A stretch of 54,904 nucleotides of DNA, the filler included, from Bipalium vagum (taxonomy: Eukaryota), in the NCBI GenBank assembly GCA_037834085.1. It is 3 parts of 3 records of this genome, joined end to end, with 100 filler letters (N's around TTAATTAATTAA, not from the genome) between each part and the next. Parts side by side here need not be neighbours in the genome. Positions count along the whole stretch, not along the records: positions 35,021 to 54,904 come from JBBMKC010265658.1; 2 more parts are not named here. The stretch is one strand, 5' to 3'. The position numbers and the translations under genes were made by a program. Within the stretch, counting starts at the first letter, position 1; the number at the start of each line of letters is the position of its first letter. The notes beneath the pieces were generated by a model, which saw only the letters and a program-made list of their open reading frames with translations, had not been told where the DNA came from and searched no databases. Of this stretch, positions 51,825 through 54,904 are shown piece after piece.

Positions 51825-51967
51825 TTATGATATTAAGGGTTCCAGATCTATAATTTATTTTTATACCATAAAGTTTCAAAAAAATAAAATTAATTATTAG
51901 AAATTATATTTTCAGAGAACTTCCAATTAAGTTACAATTAAAAAGTATATTATTTATTTAAATGAAA

Positions 51968-52560
51968 TACTTTCTCCATACCATAAAAACCGATTTATTT
52001 ATTTTAGAAGAGTTTGTAAGTCTAGTTTGTTTAATTGTCGAGGCCCAACGTCCACCGAAATATCATCATAAGGGTAACTCATACAAAATTAATTGCAAAA
52101 TAATGGCAGATAGTTTCTATGAGTTGATGACCATTAATGTTATGCCTATGATTAAAATGCAGTCGTGTCAGAATGTGACTATGCAAATGGACAATGCTTG
52201 CCCACAAATTTGAAAGAATAATGTTAAACAATTCAATGACTTTGGAGATCAAAACCACTATTAACCAACCAGCACAGTCTTCAGACTTAAATGCAAACGA
52301 CATCGGTTTTTTCATGTCTTTCAATAAGCGAAATCTCAGGAATAAATGTAAAAATGTTGACGAATTGTGGTTTTCATTAGGAAAGATTTTCTGGTCAACT
52401 AAACCTGAAAAGTTGTCTTTTATTATTGAAAGCAAATCTCGCATAGTAACGGAAATTATAAAGCAGAAAGGTTTAAATGTTAATGTTCCACATTCGTTAT
52501 AATAAACTTTGTTAATGTTATTTGTCCTATTTTATTATCTGTTTTTTTATGGAGTAAGTA
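51968..52560 (+). mobile_element. Internally deleted second copy of the 40178-41489 element
   Basis: Same TIR family and colinear 3' transposase (MQMDNAC, QPAQSSDLNANDIGFF); the 5' transposase region is deleted. Confidence 0.88.
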
Positions 52561-53259
52561 TTATATCATTGTCCTTAGCTGTATAAAACATTAAAAATGA
52601 AAAATTTAATACTTTTACTAACATTTTAATATTTATTATAATTATTTTAATTTATATATTATTATTAAAACCAAATTATATTTTTAAACGTAAAACGCCC
52701 AATGATATTATCAAATTCTTTGTAACGGAAATGAAAGATATTCACTCTAATTTATTCTTCCAATGGGTTTGACTCATGTGGATGTCGTCTCATATGAGAT
52801 TAAAGATCTCTATACTCTAAGAGTCTTCGTTAATGTTATATTTTGGATCACGTTTCCACATTTCATTTTGCCAATCAATTAAAATAGAGTTTCTGTCTAA
52901 TGCATCTTATTATCATATGTTTAAAGATAGTCGACCTTAATAAATAGTATGTTGGGTTCGCAAAGGCACGAACCCTAGACATTAAAATAATAATAATAAA
53001 AATAATAATATCATTTTCTCAATGACGAGATAATATTATAATAAATTAATATTAATATAATATGTTCAGTATATATTAGACATACTGAAAAATATTAATA
53101 AATCCTATTAATCTTTTTCTTAATTTCAAAATTAAATTGAAAACTAGAATCTTCTTAGAATACAATATGGTATTTTGGTTACAGAACCATACGTTATTAT
53201 TTATATCTTGCAATTCTTTGTAGCAACCACTTGTAAATTATCACCTTTTATATTGTCTA

Positions 53260-53882
53260 TTTAATGGAGATGAGAATGTCCAAAGAAAACGAAGTTGGAA
53301 ACTCATGGGCGAGGCCACAGAGCACATATCGAAGACAGGCTTCTATGCAGGAAAGGTGTTGTTGATGATTTGTTTGGATTGCAAAGAAATTATTTTCTAT
53401 TCTTTTCTTGCATCAAACAAAATCTTTAATTCTGATTTATATTGCAAATAGTTAGATGAACTAAGTAAAGCAATTCAGGAGAATTGTCCAAGTTTAGTCA
53501 ATCGAAAAGGATAGTGTTTCATCATGACAATGCAAGCCCGCATACTTCAAAACCAACTCAAAGAGAAACTGAAGATCTAATTTGGAATCTCCTCATTCTC
53601 CCGATCTCGCACCATCAGAATTTTATCTTTTTCGATCATTGCAAAACAGTAGTAGGTAAGAAATTCACATCATTAGAAGGTATCAAAAATCACCTAAATG
53701 GTTTTTCAACATCAAACCAATCGGTATTATACAAAAAAGTCATTCAAATGTTACCACATCGTTGCAGACATAATAAAAAGTGAAGGGAATTATATAATTG
53801 ATTAATTTTTTTCGTTATATTTGACCTTATTCATTCAATATTTATCCTATATAAATCGTAACATTATTTTTTGCAATGACCC

Positions 53883-53886
<4 letters not shown>
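53260..53886 (+). mobile_element. mariner 3' half
   Basis: GKVLLMICLDCKEIIFY, RIVFHHDNASPHT, SPDLAPSEF, GKKFTSLE; terminus GCAATGACCCAATA. Confidence 0.85.
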
Positions 53887-53925
<39 letters not shown>

Positions 53926-53929
53926 CTAT

Positions 53930-54400
53930 AACCAAACGATGGGAACTAATTCCCATACCTCATATTATTCTTGTATTTTTCCAAAAAGTAGAAATGGTCT
54001 CCGAACATCAAAGAAAATATGCTCAGTCTCTACTAAAAATGTTATGCCAGACATTTTTTGTTATTCATTAGGCAAAAGTGAGATTTATCTCTTGTTTTGA
54101 TAGTTTAGGATCTTGTAAATAATAATAATATATTAATTAAGTTCAAGACTCATTGACCGACATCTGCCAAATTTCAGCTTATCTATAATCGTCATATCAG
54201 CGCTCTCAAATCGAGGATCCCAAGATTGTAAAAGCTTACAATTCATCGTATTTTACCTTCAAATTCACATATTATTCTAGAGACCTGCGATGCTTTCACT
54301 CCAATAATGCCGTAGAAAACCACGAATAACAATTTTGTCAATGTCCATTTCCTGAATTCTAATTTAATCTAAAATTATTTTTTTAAAAAGTAATCATAAA
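53930..54400 (-). mobile_element. mariner 5' remnant
   Basis: MDIDKIVIRGFLRHYW...ASQVSRIICEFEG N-terminus with a frameshift. Confidence 0.6.
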
Positions 54401-54855
54401 CTAGGGATTCAGATAAACAAGAGCTACAGGTTTATATCAAATTTATTATAAATGTGTTTTTAATGTTACACTTTAATGTTAAAATCTTCATTATAAAATG
54501 GTAGATTACATATGGAACAATCTGATATATGAAATTGTTACTTATTGACCTTTAATGCGATAGAAATATTAAAATGTTTCAAAGTAAAAAACATCACTCA
54601 ATTATAGTTGCAGTTAAAAGACTTGAAATTATTAAGTAATAAGTAAATATTCCCCTCTCTATTATTTCGAAGAGTATTACCATCGGGAAAAGTGAGATTT
54701 TTTACAACTTTACATCGTAATTAAATAAGAAATGTATTCGACCATGACGAATATAAATTCTCCTATTTAGAAACTTATTGACTGTCAAGTTTGATAAAAA
54801 AATAAAAATCATGTTTTTTTACTGTCATGTGACGTTTAAAAGATGAATACACAAA

Positions 54856-54904
<49 letters not shown>

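Noticed and set aside
1-54904. CRISPR arrays, operons or prokaryotic defence systems
   Set aside because: The sequence is intron-containing animal DNA, and I saw no regularly spaced repeat-spacer array.

Overview
Very AT-rich eukaryotic DNA from an invertebrate animal (inferred from semaphorin-type, Slo2 and EML genes and GT-AG introns; the taxon cannot be fixed from this window). I reconstructed four spliced minus-strand genes by hand, checking exon phases: a complete DOMON + cytochrome b561 ferric-chelate reductase (710-5431, 7 exons, 464 aa), the 3' part of an EML/EMAP gene, part of a divergent Sema-domain gene with predicted microexons, and the 3' part of a KCNT/Slo2 K+ channel. Introns are either tiny (41-81 nt) or kilobases long and filled with decayed Tc1/mariner/pogo transposons. 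The standout feature is a 353-bp miniature LTR retrotransposon (7126-7478). It has TG...CA LTRs, a PBS, a PPT and a 5-bp TSD, and each LTR carries a tRNA-Ala-derived Pol III cassette inside an extended hairpin. A decayed second copy appears near 20.0 kb. Two artificial TTAATTAATTAA linkers and two 77-bp duplicated gap flanks show the window is stitched from contigs, which probably explains the truncated genes. Transposon boundaries without clear TIRs are approximate.
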